The notes below the pieces were generated by a model. The model worked only from the letters and a program-made list of their open reading frames with translations, did not search any database and was not told where the DNA came from. Below, one piece after another: positions 1 to 9,408 of a stretch of DNA of 64,000 bases (positions are counted from its first letter, which is position 1; each line of letters starts with the position of its first letter). The stretch lies in IMG/VR virus record IMGVR_UViG_3300045988_128165, one strand, 5' to 3'. The translations under genes and the position numbers were made by a program. The stretch is from a virus.

Positions 1-91
1 TAAATTGGTATAAAGATATATATCCAAAGGCAGATTTGGAGTGCATTTTCAAACAACTCAACATCATAGAACAAGTGGAGGAGTAAGAAAA

Positions 92-286
92 ATGAGCTTA
101 AAGTGTGTAGATTGTGGTTATCTTGGTGACTGCAAAAGCTTTGGAGAGACCTTTTACAAGAAAAATAAATGTAAAGACACAGAAGTAATAAAGCATTATT
201 ATTGCAACTGTGGCGACTCAAAGTATTATATGCAAGATGTAACTCATATTGAAGTTACTGATTGTGACGCATTTGAAGAGATTTAA
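92..286 (+). CDS. small Cys-rich protein, unknown function
   Basis: ORF track 41..286 trimmed to the ATG behind GGAGGAG; several CxxC pairs. Confidence 0.5.
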   Translation: MSLKCVDCGYLGDCKSFGETFYKKNKCKDTEVIKHYYCNCGDSKYYMQDVTHIEVTDCDAFEEI

Positions 287-340
287 AAAGAAATACATCA
301 TAAAATTATAGCCTTATAAGGCAGAAAGGGAGTTTACATC

Positions 341-799
341 ATGAAAAGAAACGTTATTGTCAACCGCGCAAAATATGACATCGCCCCTGAAAACAAAGAC
401 ATCCACAAAGGAAAAGCGGTCATGTGTATTACGACTGGAGAAGTGTTCAAGTCGGCGCGAGAGGCGGCCAATTATTATGGCATTGGTTATGCATCCCTTA
501 CCAATCAGATTGCTGGAAGACAGAAAACTTGTGGTGGAGCTCCACACAATCACACAGGAAATGGAAAGCAGTTCTGTTACATTTCTGAAATGGGCTATAA
601 TGCAGCCGCTATTTCCGCAAGTATCATTGAAATGAAACGGCACGGCGTGTCCAGAGAAGATTACGATGCTGCCATGATGAGAAATGACGAGCTTGAAACG
701 GAAAAAGCTATGCTTCAGTTCAAAAACAGAGAGCTTCAGGAAGAGCTTAATAGCTATAAAGAAAGATTTGACAGATGCTACAGCGCACTGGTCGGATAA
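341..799 (+). CDS. putative DNA-binding protein (NUMOD1/HTH-like N-terminus, coiled-coil C-terminus)
   Basis: ORF track; segment KAVMCITTGEVFKSAREAANYYGI resembles homing-endonuclease-associated HTH modules. Confidence 0.45.
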   Translation: MKRNVIVNRAKYDIAPENKDIHKGKAVMCITTGEVFKSAREAANYYGIGYASLTNQIAGRQKTCGGAPHNHTGNGKQFCYISEMGYNAAAISASIIEMKRHGVSREDYDAAMMRNDELETEKAMLQFKNRELQEELNSYKERFDRCYSALVG

Positions 800-814
800 A
801 GGAGGCAATAGAAA

Positions 815-1136
815 ATGAAATTTAAAATTGGTGATAGAGTAGTATGTTCATAATTCAAGAGGCTATGAAATTTGTGTCTGTGAAGATTGCAGAGACGAAT
901 ATTATGAGTATTGCGCTGAATGTGGAGAATTTTATCCAAGAGAGTGCATGACTTATATTGAGTCTCAAGATGATTATGTATGTGGTGATTGCCGTGATGA
1001 ATATTATAACTTCTGTGAAGAGTGTGGAGAATACTTCAGAGACAACAATTTGAGAGAACACAAAGGTAAAATCTATTGTGAAGATTGTCTGAGAGAAATT
1101 CTTGAGAATGAAACAGAAGTTGACGAAGCGATTTAA
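815..1136 (+). CDS. duplicated zinc-ribbon protein (C-DCRDEYY-x-C-ECGE repeat), apparently interrupted by a +1 frameshift near 842
   Basis: ATG 815 behind AGGAGG runs 12 codons to TAA 851; frame +1 is open from 843 to 1136 and carries the repeat. Confidence 0.4.
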
Positions 1137-1153
1137 TGGAGGTAAAATAAATT

Positions 1154-2086
1154 ATGAATAAAGAATTTGAAAAAATTTGCAAGATGTCTCAAGCAAGTCT
1201 AAAGAATCATGTGAGACAGAGGTTGCAAAAGACTCATGGAACAATCCTTAATAGAGATGGATATGTATATGCACAAGGGAAATTCCCTGTGCTGTTGGTT
1301 GCACATCTTGACACTGTGCATGAAAAGCTTCCTAATATGTTCATGTATAGCAAAAAGAACAATAGAGTTTCAAGCCCTAACGGAATCGGAGGCGACGATA
1401 GATGTGGCGTTTACATGATTTTCAAGATTCTTGAAAAGTTTAACTGCTCTGTTCTGTTCTGCGAGGACGAAGAGGTTGGTTGCGTAGGCTCAAGTAAGTT
1501 TGCAGACTCTGAGCTGGCAAGAAATCTTGAGTTCAATTACATCATTGAATTTGATCGTGCTAACGCAAATGATGCAGTGTTTTATTCCTGTGCAAACGAT
1601 GAGTTTGAGGACTTTATTACCAAGGAATTTTATAAAACAGCGTATGGATCTTATTCTGATATCTGTGAAATTGCTCCCGCTCTTGGTTGTGCGGCAGTGA
1701 ATCTTTCTTGTGGCTATTACGCAGCACATACAAAAAATGAATACGTCATTCTTTCTGAAATGGAAAGAAGCATCAAGGAAGCGTGCAAGATTCTTGAGCG
1801 CACAACGGAGGCCGACAAGTTTGAGTATGTAGAAGCGCCGAGTCGTTATGGAAGTTTGTACAATTTCAACAATTATGCAGACAGTTATTCCTATGAAGAT
1901 GTTGGATATGATTATGGTTATTATCTCATCGAGTATGTCAATGCAGACGGGGCAACAGAGTGGTATGACACAGACGCATTCACAAAGGAAGAAGCTGTTG
2001 GCAGATTCCTGATGTCGCATCCCGACATTTCATACGGAGATGTTGTTGACGTATGTGTTGACAAAGAAGTGTATAGATATTGTTAA
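1154..2086 (+). CDS. M28/M42-like Zn metallopeptidase-fold protein
   Basis: HLDTV, GGDDRCG, EDEEVG and AAH segments match metal-ligand spacing of this fold. Confidence 0.4.
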   Translation: MNKEFEKICKMSQASLKNHVRQRLQKTHGTILNRDGYVYAQGKFPVLLVAHLDTVHEKLPNMFMYSKKNNRVSSPNGIGGDDRCGVYMIFKILEKFNCSVLFCEDEEVGCVGSSKFADSELARNLEFNYIIEFDRANANDAVFYSCANDEFEDFITKEFYKTAYGSYSDICEIAPALGCAAVNLSCGYYAAHTKNEYVILSEMERSIKEACKILERTTEADKFEYVEAPSRYGSLYNFNNYADSYSYEDVGYDYGYYLIEYVNADGATEWYDTDAFTKEEAVGRFLMSHPDISYGDVVDVCVDKEVYRYC

Positions 2087-2176
2087 AATGCAAAGCAAGA
2101 GTTGAAGAAATAATATAATAATGATAAAATAAATAACGGACAATATATAAGAATTGAAAAATAGGAGGTAAACAAA

Positions 2177-2320
2177 ATGATTGTTCTCTTGCTTATCGTT
2201 ATTGCTTGCGTGCTACTATTCGGAAAGGAAGAAACTAAAAGCGGAATTATTAGCCTGATTGCAGTCCTATTTGTACTTGGGCTTATCGGAATGCTTGCTA
2301 ACGCTTGCGGAATGCTTTAA
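2177..2320 (+). CDS. 47-aa small membrane protein
   Basis: ATG behind AGGAGG; two hydrophobic stretches; below ORF-track cutoff. Confidence 0.45.
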   Translation: MIVLLLIVIACVLLFGKEETKSGIISLIAVLFVLGLIGMLANACGML

Positions 2321-2445
2321 CTAAAAAACGCATATTTATAAGGCAAAAATAAAGCTAACTTTTCGGCAGTATAGTTTGCCCTGTAAAGGAATTGACTATC
2401 AAAAATTGCATAAATAACGGGGCAAATTGATACTAAAACGAGAAG

Positions 2446-2459
2446 CAGTACAAAATTAT
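2446..2459 (+). repeat. ACAATACAAAATTAT-family motif copy (CAGTACAAAATTAT)
   Basis: directly upstream of the RBS of 2476. Confidence 0.7.
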
Positions 2460-2475
2460 AGAGGAGGAAATAATT

Positions 2476-2901
2476 ATGAACGTATCAAGAGAAATTAAAA
2501 AGGAAGAAGCTATAAAACGCATGAAAGCACTTGGGCTTTTTGCTCCATGCATCAAGGCATTTAAGGACAGAGATGAGGTGCAGCTTTCAGAACCGACAGG
2601 AGGTTTGTACGAGTTCAGCGCAGACAAAGAGCTTACCGTAAAGGTAAAAGAGTTTGAGAAAGATTACAGTGCACTCGTGTATCATGTAATTCATAGTCCA
2701 ATTAAAATTGACGGCGAGTTCATGGATATGTATAATTTCTTGTATGTGTCCAATTATAGTGGCGAATGGGAAATGGATAATAGCGACATCAAGGACGGAT
2801 ATTCACTTGTTTATACATGGAATAAGACAATTGATTACTTTAGCGAATTTGGTAGCATTGCAGTTAAGCCAATGTTTGGCGGACTTGTACGAATCGGTTA
2901 A
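2476..2901 (+). CDS. hypothetical protein
   Basis: ORF track; GAGGAGG RBS. Confidence 0.6.
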   Translation: MNVSREIKKEEAIKRMKALGLFAPCIKAFKDRDEVQLSEPTGGLYEFSADKELTVKVKEFEKDYSALVYHVIHSPIKIDGEFMDMYNFLYVSNYSGEWEMDNSDIKDGYSLVYTWNKTIDYFSEFGSIAVKPMFGGLVRIG

Positions 2902-2980
2902 TAAGATTTGTTAATAACGACATATTGAATTTCAAGGCAGAGGTGATATAATAAGAATAAAGAAAAGGGAGTTGATATAA

Positions 2981-3259
2981 ATGGATAAAGACTTACAAGA
3001 TGCAGTAGAGGCGCTAATGCGTGGAATGACTTCAATGGAAGAAAGCATAAACAAAAAATTCGAAGATATAAACAAAAGACTTGACATAATGGAAACCAAG
3101 TTTTCTAAAAGATTTGACGACATGAATGACAGGTTTGACAAACTTGAAGCAAAAGTTGAAGACTTAGAGGAAGCTGTCCTTGACATGGGAATTGTTAAGG
3201 CAACTGTAGATAAGCATGATCATGACATTAAGAGATTAAAACGAAATGCAACAATGTAA
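2981..3259 (+). CDS. coiled-coil protein
   Basis: ORF track; heptad-like charged sequence. Confidence 0.55.
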   Translation: MDKDLQDAVEALMRGMTSMEESINKKFEDINKRLDIMETKFSKRFDDMNDRFDKLEAKVEDLEEAVLDMGIVKATVDKHDHDIKRLKRNATM

Positions 3260-3289
3260 GATAATGGGGCGCTTGTCCCTTGTCTTATG

Positions 3290-3303
3290 CAATACAAAAT
3301 TAT
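3290..3303 (+). repeat. motif copy (dyad GCAATA-N6-TATTGC)
   Basis: GCAATACAAAATTATTGC, 20 nt upstream of ATG 3325. Confidence 0.75.
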
Positions 3304-3324
3304 TGCAAGGAAGGAGGAATATAA

Positions 3325-3434
3325 TGCAATGCATGTATGGGGCAGAAAGTGATAACGTGTGTGCTTATTGCCGTAAGCATAGAAAATGTATGACGGTAAA
3401 GCAGGTAAAAACTAAAGAGTGCTTGCGAAAGTAG
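3325..3434 (+). CDS. small Cys-rich protein; in-frame TAG followed by a 31-codon open extension to 3530
   Basis: ATG behind AAGGAGG; ORF track 3246..3434 trimmed. Confidence 0.5.
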
Positions 3435-3545
3435 TGCTGGTATCTCGTGAAGTACGAAAACCATTCATGGTGGCGACAGCGTGAAATTATGAAAGCGAAA
3501 AGAAAAGCAAGAAAAAATATGTATTGTTAAAAGGAGATTGATATT

Positions 3546-4523
3546 ATGGCACATTGTATTGAAATGAACGATTCTATGTTTTCAGTAAGAGAAAAACCTT
3601 GGCATTATTTGGAAACTCAGGATAGATGTAAAATCCTTGCTGACGCACCTAACAGTGCAGAAGCACTTAAACTTGCAGGACTTGATTGGACTGTTGAACA
3701 GACTCCTGTATATATGGACGACGGAACCGAAATCAAGAACTACAAAGCAAATGTTAGAAGTGACGACAAGACGGTGCTCGGCATTGTAACAAACAGATAT
3801 AAAATTGTACAGAACGTAGATGCATTTTCTTTCACTGATGCAATTGTGGGTGAAACAGAAGACGGAGTGGTTCGTTACGAAACCGCAGGTTCTCTGAACG
3901 GAGGCAAAAGAGTTTGGCTGCTCGCAAAGATGCCTACCAAGAAAGTGCTTGATGATGATGTGGAACCTTATATGGTTTTCTCGAATTCTCATGACGGAAC
4001 CGGTGCAATCAAGATTTGTATGACTCCGATTCGAGTTGTTTGTAATAATACCTTGTCACTTGCCCTTAATACAGCACAGCGTTCTTGGAGTACAAAGCAC
4101 ATCGGAAACCTTGACGAAAAGCTTGCAGAAGCAAGACATTGCCTCGGTATGGCTAATATGTATATGGATGCTCTTAACGAGGAAGCCGACAGACTTGCAA
4201 ATATCAAACTTGATTATGAGCAGATTAATGAAATCCTTGACCAGATGTTCCCTGTAACAGAGAATGATTCCGACCGCAAGAAAGCAAATATTCAGAAAGT
4301 CAAAGATAATTATTCTATCTGCTATTTTATGCCTGATATTGCAAAGTTCAAGGGAACTGCATGGGCTGCTGTGAACGCCATGAGTGATATGATTGGACAC
4401 AGTGCGCCGAACAGAAATACTGCAAACTACGAAGAGAACCGTTGGGGCAAGATTATGGACGGACACGCATGGATGGACGAGTTTGTTAAACTTATTAACG
4501 CAAAGGTAGGGGCTGTGGCTTAA
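3546..4523 (+). CDS. DUF932-like phage/plasmid protein
   Basis: ORF track; overall resemblance to the phage/plasmid DUF932 family, from memory. Confidence 0.5.
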   Translation: MAHCIEMNDSMFSVREKPWHYLETQDRCKILADAPNSAEALKLAGLDWTVEQTPVYMDDGTEIKNYKANVRSDDKTVLGIVTNRYKIVQNVDAFSFTDAIVGETEDGVVRYETAGSLNGGKRVWLLAKMPTKKVLDDDVEPYMVFSNSHDGTGAIKICMTPIRVVCNNTLSLALNTAQRSWSTKHIGNLDEKLAEARHCLGMANMYMDALNEEADRLANIKLDYEQINEILDQMFPVTENDSDRKKANIQKVKDNYSICYFMPDIAKFKGTAWAAVNAMSDMIGHSAPNRNTANYEENRWGKIMDGHAWMDEFVKLINAKVGAVA

Positions 4524-4556
4524 TGCCACAGCCTACCACAAAAGGAGGTAATTAAT

Positions 4557-5174
4557 ATGGGTTGGACTTCTTATCATGTAGACCCAATGTACAAAAATGG
4601 AAAGCCATTTATAGACCGCAAGGCAGAATGTGACAAGCTGTTTAGAACTGACGCAGTATCTTTGAAAGGGAATAAAGTTGTAGGCAAATTTGAACTGCTC
4701 AAGTCTGCTATGGTTGGAAGTGTTCATTATGCAGCAGTAAAGAAGACTATGTTTGCAACAGAAACAGAGCCAGAGCGTAGCAAAGTTTTTGCAGCAATTA
4801 CCCTTACACGAGTAGATAACAAAGGCTATTATAACTTTGCATACAAAGACATGGACGAAAGCATGGGGCCATGCGAAAGTAAATGCCCGAAATCAATTCT
4901 TGATCTGCTAACTTCAACTGAATATGAGTATGCAAAAGAATGGAGAGAGCGTTGCTATGAGAATTTGAACGCAAAGAAAAATCCATACTCACTTGCAAAG
5001 CTCCCAGTTGGAAGCGTAATTAAGTGTGTTTTCAATGGAAGAGAAATTCAGCTTGTCAAGCATCCAGCGGAGTATCAGTTCAAGCGTCCATTCTGGATGT
5101 TTGTAGGAGAACAAAAATATCTTTCTCCTAAACATATTCCTAACAATTATGAAATTATTAAGAGAGGTGCATAA
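4557..5174 (+). CDS. hypothetical protein
   Basis: ORF track; AAGGAGG RBS. Confidence 0.6.
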   Translation: MGWTSYHVDPMYKNGKPFIDRKAECDKLFRTDAVSLKGNKVVGKFELLKSAMVGSVHYAAVKKTMFATETEPERSKVFAAITLTRVDNKGYYNFAYKDMDESMGPCESKCPKSILDLLTSTEYEYAKEWRERCYENLNAKKNPYSLAKLPVGSVIKCVFNGREIQLVKHPAEYQFKRPFWMFVGEQKYLSPKHIPNNYEIIKRGA

Positions 5175-5176
5175 CA

Positions 5177-5722
5177 ATGGCAAATATATGTAGTTTTAGT
5201 ATGTGTGTAAAAGGAAAACATGGAAATATTGAGAGTTTCTATAATGCATTGATTCAGGAAGGCAATGTCTATATGGGCAGAGGAGCCGACGCAGAGATCA
5301 ATTATGACGACGAGGAAGGCAAAGCATTTATTGACGGATGGTGCAAATGGAGTGTCGAGTCTGCACTTATTCGTAACGCGATCTCAATGAGAACGGAGCC
5401 AGATAAATGGTGGTTTGGAGAGGGCTTCGATATGACCAAGATTGAATTTGTTACTCTTTGGGAAGCTTGTGAGAAATGGAACTTGGATATGGAAGTTTAT
5501 TCCGAAGAGTGTGGATGCTGTTTTCAAGAGCATTATGTGTATGTTAATGGAGATGTTGTTTGTGATGAATGCGTTGAGCATTATGAATATTGCATAGGTG
5601 AATTCACCACTAAAAAGGATGCCGAAGATGAATTCGGAATTAAAATCACAGATGAAGAATGGAATAGTGGAGAAGATTTCATTAGTCGTGGCGGTTTTGA
5701 GAACTGGGATTTTGAAATTTAA
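5177..5722 (+). CDS. hypothetical acidic Cys-rich protein
   Basis: ORF track; tight packing. Confidence 0.6.
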   Translation: MANICSFSMCVKGKHGNIESFYNALIQEGNVYMGRGADAEINYDDEEGKAFIDGWCKWSVESALIRNAISMRTEPDKWWFGEGFDMTKIEFVTLWEACEKWNLDMEVYSEECGCCFQEHYVYVNGDVVCDECVEHYEYCIGEFTTKKDAEDEFGIKITDEEWNSGEDFISRGGFENWDFEI

Positions 5723-5749
5723 GACAAAACAAAATTAAAGGAGTAAAAT

Positions 5750-6091
5750 ATGTTGATTAATCGCAACAATAGTGAAACCAGTCATGTCAAATTTATTTCC
5801 TATACAGGCAGGTATCCTAATCTGTGTAGTGGAATTTTGACACTTGAAATTGACGGCGAGATTGCTACGTTTGGCTATGGGTTTAAGTCCAAAGACAAAC
5901 CGAAATATGATAAATTTTGGAGCAGCGGAGGATGCGTGTCTTTTGACGAACATTGGAACGCTAATGTAGATGAAGGGTCGTGGGTAATTGATGTAAACGA
6001 ACTCCCCGAAAAGTACCGTAAATATGCAATGGAAATTAATGAGGTATTCAATGACAATGTTCCGTGGGGATGTTGTGGTGGGTGCCTTTGA
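5750..6091 (+). CDS. hypothetical protein
   Basis: ORF track; AAGGAG RBS. Confidence 0.6.
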   Translation: MLINRNNSETSHVKFISYTGRYPNLCSGILTLEIDGEIATFGYGFKSKDKPKYDKFWSSGGCVSFDEHWNANVDEGSWVIDVNELPEKYRKYAMEINEVFNDNVPWGCCGGCL

Positions 6092-6105
6092 AAGGAGGTT
6101 TGAAA

Positions 6106-6303
6106 ATGAAACTGAATGACACAGAAATTGAAAGACTATGGGACGAACTCGAAGATGTGCCTATTGATGAGGACGAATGCCTCGACGTTGATTGGCATAG
6201 TTGGAGCAAGGGAACTCACAGAGAAGAAATTTGGCATTGGTTTGATGAGCATCACAGTAAGGGTGTTGGTTGGCTAATGAATGAAAGAGAAACAAAATAT
6301 TAA
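6106..6303 (+). CDS. hypothetical acidic protein
   Basis: ORF track 6064..6303 trimmed to the ATG behind AGGAGG. Confidence 0.55.
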   Translation: MKLNDTEIERLWDELEDVPIDEDECLDVDWHSWSKGTHREEIWHWFDEHHSKGVGWLMNERETKY

Positions 6304-6316
6304 GGAGGATTTAAAA

Positions 6317-6418
6317 ATGTTTACAGTATATGATCCTAAAGGGATTCCTTACGCAAGAGTAGGCAATGAGATGGAGGCCGATTACATTGCTTATTGTATT
6401 GGTGGTTACTATAAATAA
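6317..6418 (+). CDS. 33-aa ORF
   Basis: ATG behind AAGGAGG; fills the gap between neighbours. Confidence 0.4.
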   Translation: MFTVYDPKGIPYARVGNEMEADYIAYCIGGYYK

Positions 6419-6433
6419 AGGGAGGGTTTATAT

Positions 6434-6790
6434 ATGAAACAAAGCGAGTGTATGTCTATTATAAATAGGCTATTCAATGAACACATTAAATCAAATGAAC
6501 AAATTTTCAAGAGCTATTGTTATAGCGACAACAGAGCGTGTGATTTGATTGTCAATTTCAAAAAAGATGTTGAGAAGTCTGGATTTAAGTTCTCGAATTG
6601 CTATCATGCAAATGGAATTGGGAACAATAATGATTATACAATCTATCTCGAATCACATGATGATGATGGTTTTGTAATCAAAAAAGAAATTGCAAACTTC
6701 TATTATTGTTACGGAATTTACGGAGGATGTTCAGTATATGTAAAAGACTTGGTAACAGGAAATAGAATTGCAATCAATTATGCAAGATAA
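6434..6790 (+). CDS. hypothetical protein
   Basis: ORF track; GGGAGGG RBS. Confidence 0.6.
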   Translation: MKQSECMSIINRLFNEHIKSNEQIFKSYCYSDNRACDLIVNFKKDVEKSGFKFSNCYHANGIGNNNDYTIYLESHDDDGFVIKKEIANFYYCYGIYGGCSVYVKDLVTGNRIAINYAR

Positions 6791-6805
6791 AAGGAGGATT
6801 TTACT

Positions 6806-7486
6806 ATGGGACTTGACGGTTATCTTAACAGAATGCCTCGTTATAAGAACACTACTGCGAGCGAGGTAAGCGCAATTGAAGGTTATCTTGGTTGGCTGGA
6901 AGCAAAAGCAAACAATGATAAAAATGCAAATTGTACAATGGAAGAATGGTGTGGAGTTAACGAAAGCGAACTTCCAAGTAAGGATGTGATTGAATTTTAC
7001 AAGCCGTTTTATATCAAGCGTTATTCTGTTTGGGATACTGAACACAAATACGGACATAACAGGATCATGGAGCAGGTTGGTTATTGGCGCAAGGCAAACG
7101 CGATCCACGCATGGCTAGTGAATCATGTGCAGGACGGCGAGGACGATTGTACTTACCATCACGAATGCACAAAGGAAATTCTCGAAGAGCTGCTTGATAC
7201 TTGTAAGACGGTGCTTGAGTCGTGTGTCATGACATATGCAAAAATTCAGAATGGAGAGCGACTTATTGACGGGAAATGGGAGCCGATTTATGAGGACGGC
7301 AAGATTGTAATTGATTCATCTGTTGCTGAAGAACTGCTTCCGTCTTGTAGCGGCTTCTTCTTTGGAGGAACTGGCTATGATCAGTGGTATGTCCAAGATA
7401 TCGTAGATACCATCAAAATTGTTGAAAGAGTTCTTGAAACAACGGATTTTGAAACGCAAATGGTGTATTACGTGAGTAGCTGGTAA
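6806..7486 (+). CDS. hypothetical protein
   Basis: ORF track; AAGGAGG RBS. Confidence 0.6.
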   Translation: MGLDGYLNRMPRYKNTTASEVSAIEGYLGWLEAKANNDKNANCTMEEWCGVNESELPSKDVIEFYKPFYIKRYSVWDTEHKYGHNRIMEQVGYWRKANAIHAWLVNHVQDGEDDCTYHHECTKEILEELLDTCKTVLESCVMTYAKIQNGERLIDGKWEPIYEDGKIVIDSSVAEELLPSCSGFFFGGTGYDQWYVQDIVDTIKIVERVLETTDFETQMVYYVSSW

Positions 7487-7501
7487 ACAATACAAAATTA
7501 T
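7487..7501 (+). repeat. motif copy ACAATACAAAATTAT
   Basis: starts at the base after stop codon 7484-7486 and precedes a hairpin. Confidence 0.8.
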
Positions 7502-7505
7502 TATT

Positions 7506-7530
7506 AAGGGGCTTGCATAAAGCCCCTTTA
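7506..7530 (+). terminator. hairpin AAGGGGCTT-loop-AAGCCCCTT
   Basis: 9-bp perfect stem, weak T tract. Confidence 0.5.
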
Positions 7531-7551
7531 AATTAGAAAGGAGAAAATAAA

Positions 7552-7950
7552 ATGAAAACAATTGAAAAGATGACTACCATTTATCAAGCACTTGACGGAA
7601 AGGAATTTGTAAATAAAATTGATTGTGCGAATTATGAGGCAGAAAAGTATAAAGACATTAATATTTGCCACTTTGACTTTAATGTACCATATGGAGATGA
7701 TGGTCTTTTCTTCTGGACTGCTTATAAGGTAAATTCCGAAAACGAATTTAATATGCTTATAACATATCTTTCCTATCATTATGATGATTTGTACGGAATT
7801 GAGAGATATGCAGGAGCTTGTTGGTACGCCGTACAATTTCAGGATGGCGGAGCATGGGCGGATGTAAAAATTCTTAGTCAAGTCGTAAAGGATTTTACAA
7901 ATATGCTTGCAGAACTTGCAGAAAAAACAATGGATTTTGAGGAGGTATAA
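7552..7950 (+). CDS. hypothetical protein
   Basis: ORF track; AGGAG RBS. Confidence 0.6.
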   Translation: MKTIEKMTTIYQALDGKEFVNKIDCANYEAEKYKDINICHFDFNVPYGDDGLFFWTAYKVNSENEFNMLITYLSYHYDDLYGIERYAGACWYAVQFQDGGAWADVKILSQVVKDFTNMLAELAEKTMDFEEV

Positions 7951-7953
7951 AAT

Positions 7954-8175
7954 ATGGGAAACGAATTTCAATATCAAATGCTTGACCGCATGAGGTCAGA
8001 TTGTGAATATTATCTTGGATGTGGAAATAGATGCACAAAGGATTTATGGGGCAAAAGTGTGGATAAGCATATTGAAGCTATGAGACAAATTTGGAATGAA
8101 CTTAAAGAGAAACCTGAGTGGTTGAGCTTGGAACAAATCAATGAGTATGAGAGAAAAATGAAGGAGAAAAATTAA
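7954..8175 (+). CDS. hypothetical protein
   Basis: ORF track; GAGGAGG RBS. Confidence 0.55.
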   Translation: MGNEFQYQMLDRMRSDCEYYLGCGNRCTKDLWGKSVDKHIEAMRQIWNELKEKPEWLSLEQINEYERKMKEKN

Positions 8176-8643
8176 ATGATAACAAGATATTGGGTAAATT
8201 GTTTTGAAAGAGAACTATGTATTGAATGGGACGATGCATACAAGCATCTTGAAAAGGAAATTCTTGATATGCTTGATGGTTACTATTTCGAATGGCATAG
8301 CGTAGAAGAAATTGAAGACCCTGAGTACAGAGCATATGTGGAAGACTCATGTTGCGAAGAATTTATGATGACTCGCCTAAGTGAAACCTACAACATGTGG
8401 GATTCGTGGTGGGTTGAAGGAGATGAAGACGAGAACGGGAATGAAATGCCGACGTACAAAACTCATAATCATGGCTATATTGCGTATAGCAGAGCACTTG
8501 AACTATTGAATAATACAATTAACTATTGTTTCGACAACGGAAATGTAGAACTTGCCGTTGTGCGTAGAGATTTGGATGCCATTGGGTTTACCAATGAAGA
8601 GCTTAAATGGCTTGGATATCATTGGCTTGTGGAGGATATGTAA
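8176..8643 (+). CDS. hypothetical acidic protein
   Basis: ORF track; abuts the upstream stop. Confidence 0.55.
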   Translation: MITRYWVNCFERELCIEWDDAYKHLEKEILDMLDGYYFEWHSVEEIEDPEYRAYVEDSCCEEFMMTRLSETYNMWDSWWVEGDEDENGNEMPTYKTHNHGYIAYSRALELLNNTINYCFDNGNVELAVVRRDLDAIGFTNEELKWLGYHWLVEDM

Positions 8644-8644
8644 A

Positions 8645-8899
8645 ATGAAAGACTATGCTGTTGTATTTACCTATTCGTTCGATACTGACGTTGCCGTGTA
8701 TCTGTTTGATACATTGTTGGAAGCAAGGGAATTTCTGTTCAAGTCGTACAAAGAGGAACTGCGTATTGATACAGAAGAAAATGGATGGAGCTCGGAAGGT
8801 TATATTCAGGAAGACGGAATGTATGCGAAGATTACCAATCATTTTCAGTATGAAGATGATGATGTAACGGAATTTCACATTGCAAATGTTTATTACTAA
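8645..8899 (+). CDS. hypothetical protein
   Basis: ORF track 8552..8899 trimmed to ATG 8645. Confidence 0.5.
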   Translation: MKDYAVVFTYSFDTDVAVYLFDTLLEAREFLFKSYKEELRIDTEENGWSSEGYIQEDGMYAKITNHFQYEDDDVTEFHIANVYY

Positions 8900-8913
8900 T
8901 GGAGGTATATAAA

Positions 8914-9138
8914 ATGAAGACTTGGAAAATCCCTGTATGCTGGACAATGATGGGGACTGTTGAAGTAGAGGCTAGTACATTGGATGAGGCAATTGAAATC
9001 GCAATAGATGACGATGGGGTTATTCCTATTCCAGATGATGGTACATTCATGGATGGTTCTTGGGAAGTAGATTGCTTTGATAAGGATTATCTGCGTGAAT
9101 GGTATAACAGAAATCAGGCAGACGAGGAGGCAAAGTAA
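8914..9138 (+). CDS. hypothetical acidic protein
   Basis: ORF track 8899..9138 trimmed to the ATG behind GGAGG. Confidence 0.55.
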   Translation: MKTWKIPVCWTMMGTVEVEASTLDEAIEIAIDDDGVIPIPDDGTFMDGSWEVDCFDKDYLREWYNRNQADEEAK

Positions 9139-9338
9139 TGGTACATTTCATGGGATATGACAAGGATAATGATGTTTATGATGAATTGAACAAAGGTGAT
9201 AAGCAACAAATAGAATCACTTGCGAAAAGAGTTGCAGAAAAACATAAAGTTACAGAACTCAGAAGCAGTTGTGGAGATCCATATGATTGGTTTGAGTTGT
9301 GGGATGATGAAGATGAAGATTATATTAAATATCTATAA
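9138..9338 (+). CDS. hypothetical acidic protein
   Basis: ORF track; start overlaps the upstream stop. Confidence 0.55.
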   Translation: MVHFMGYDKDNDVYDELNKGDKQQIESLAKRVAEKHKVTELRSSCGDPYDWFELWDDEDEDYIKYL

Positions 9339-9339
9339 T

Positions 9340-9360
9340 GGAGCCGCAGGGCTCCTTTTT
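9340..9360 (+). terminator. intrinsic terminator
   Basis: GGAGCC-GCAG-GGCTCC followed by TTTTT. Confidence 0.7.
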
Positions 9361-9362
9361 AC

Positions 9363-9391
9363 TTGACAAGAATACAAAATTATTGCATAAT
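9363..9391 (+). promoter_or_regulatory. sigma-A-type promoter with motif in the spacer
   Basis: TTGACA, 17 nt containing AATACAAAATTAT, then CATAAT. Confidence 0.65.
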
Positions 9392-9408
9392 AGAAAGGAA
9401 GAAATATT

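Noticed and set aside
2380-2432. Imperfect inverted repeat TTTGCCCT ... GGGGCAAA
   Set aside because: The loop is about 40 nt and there is one mismatch. It overlaps a plausible weak promoter and is not distinctive enough to call.
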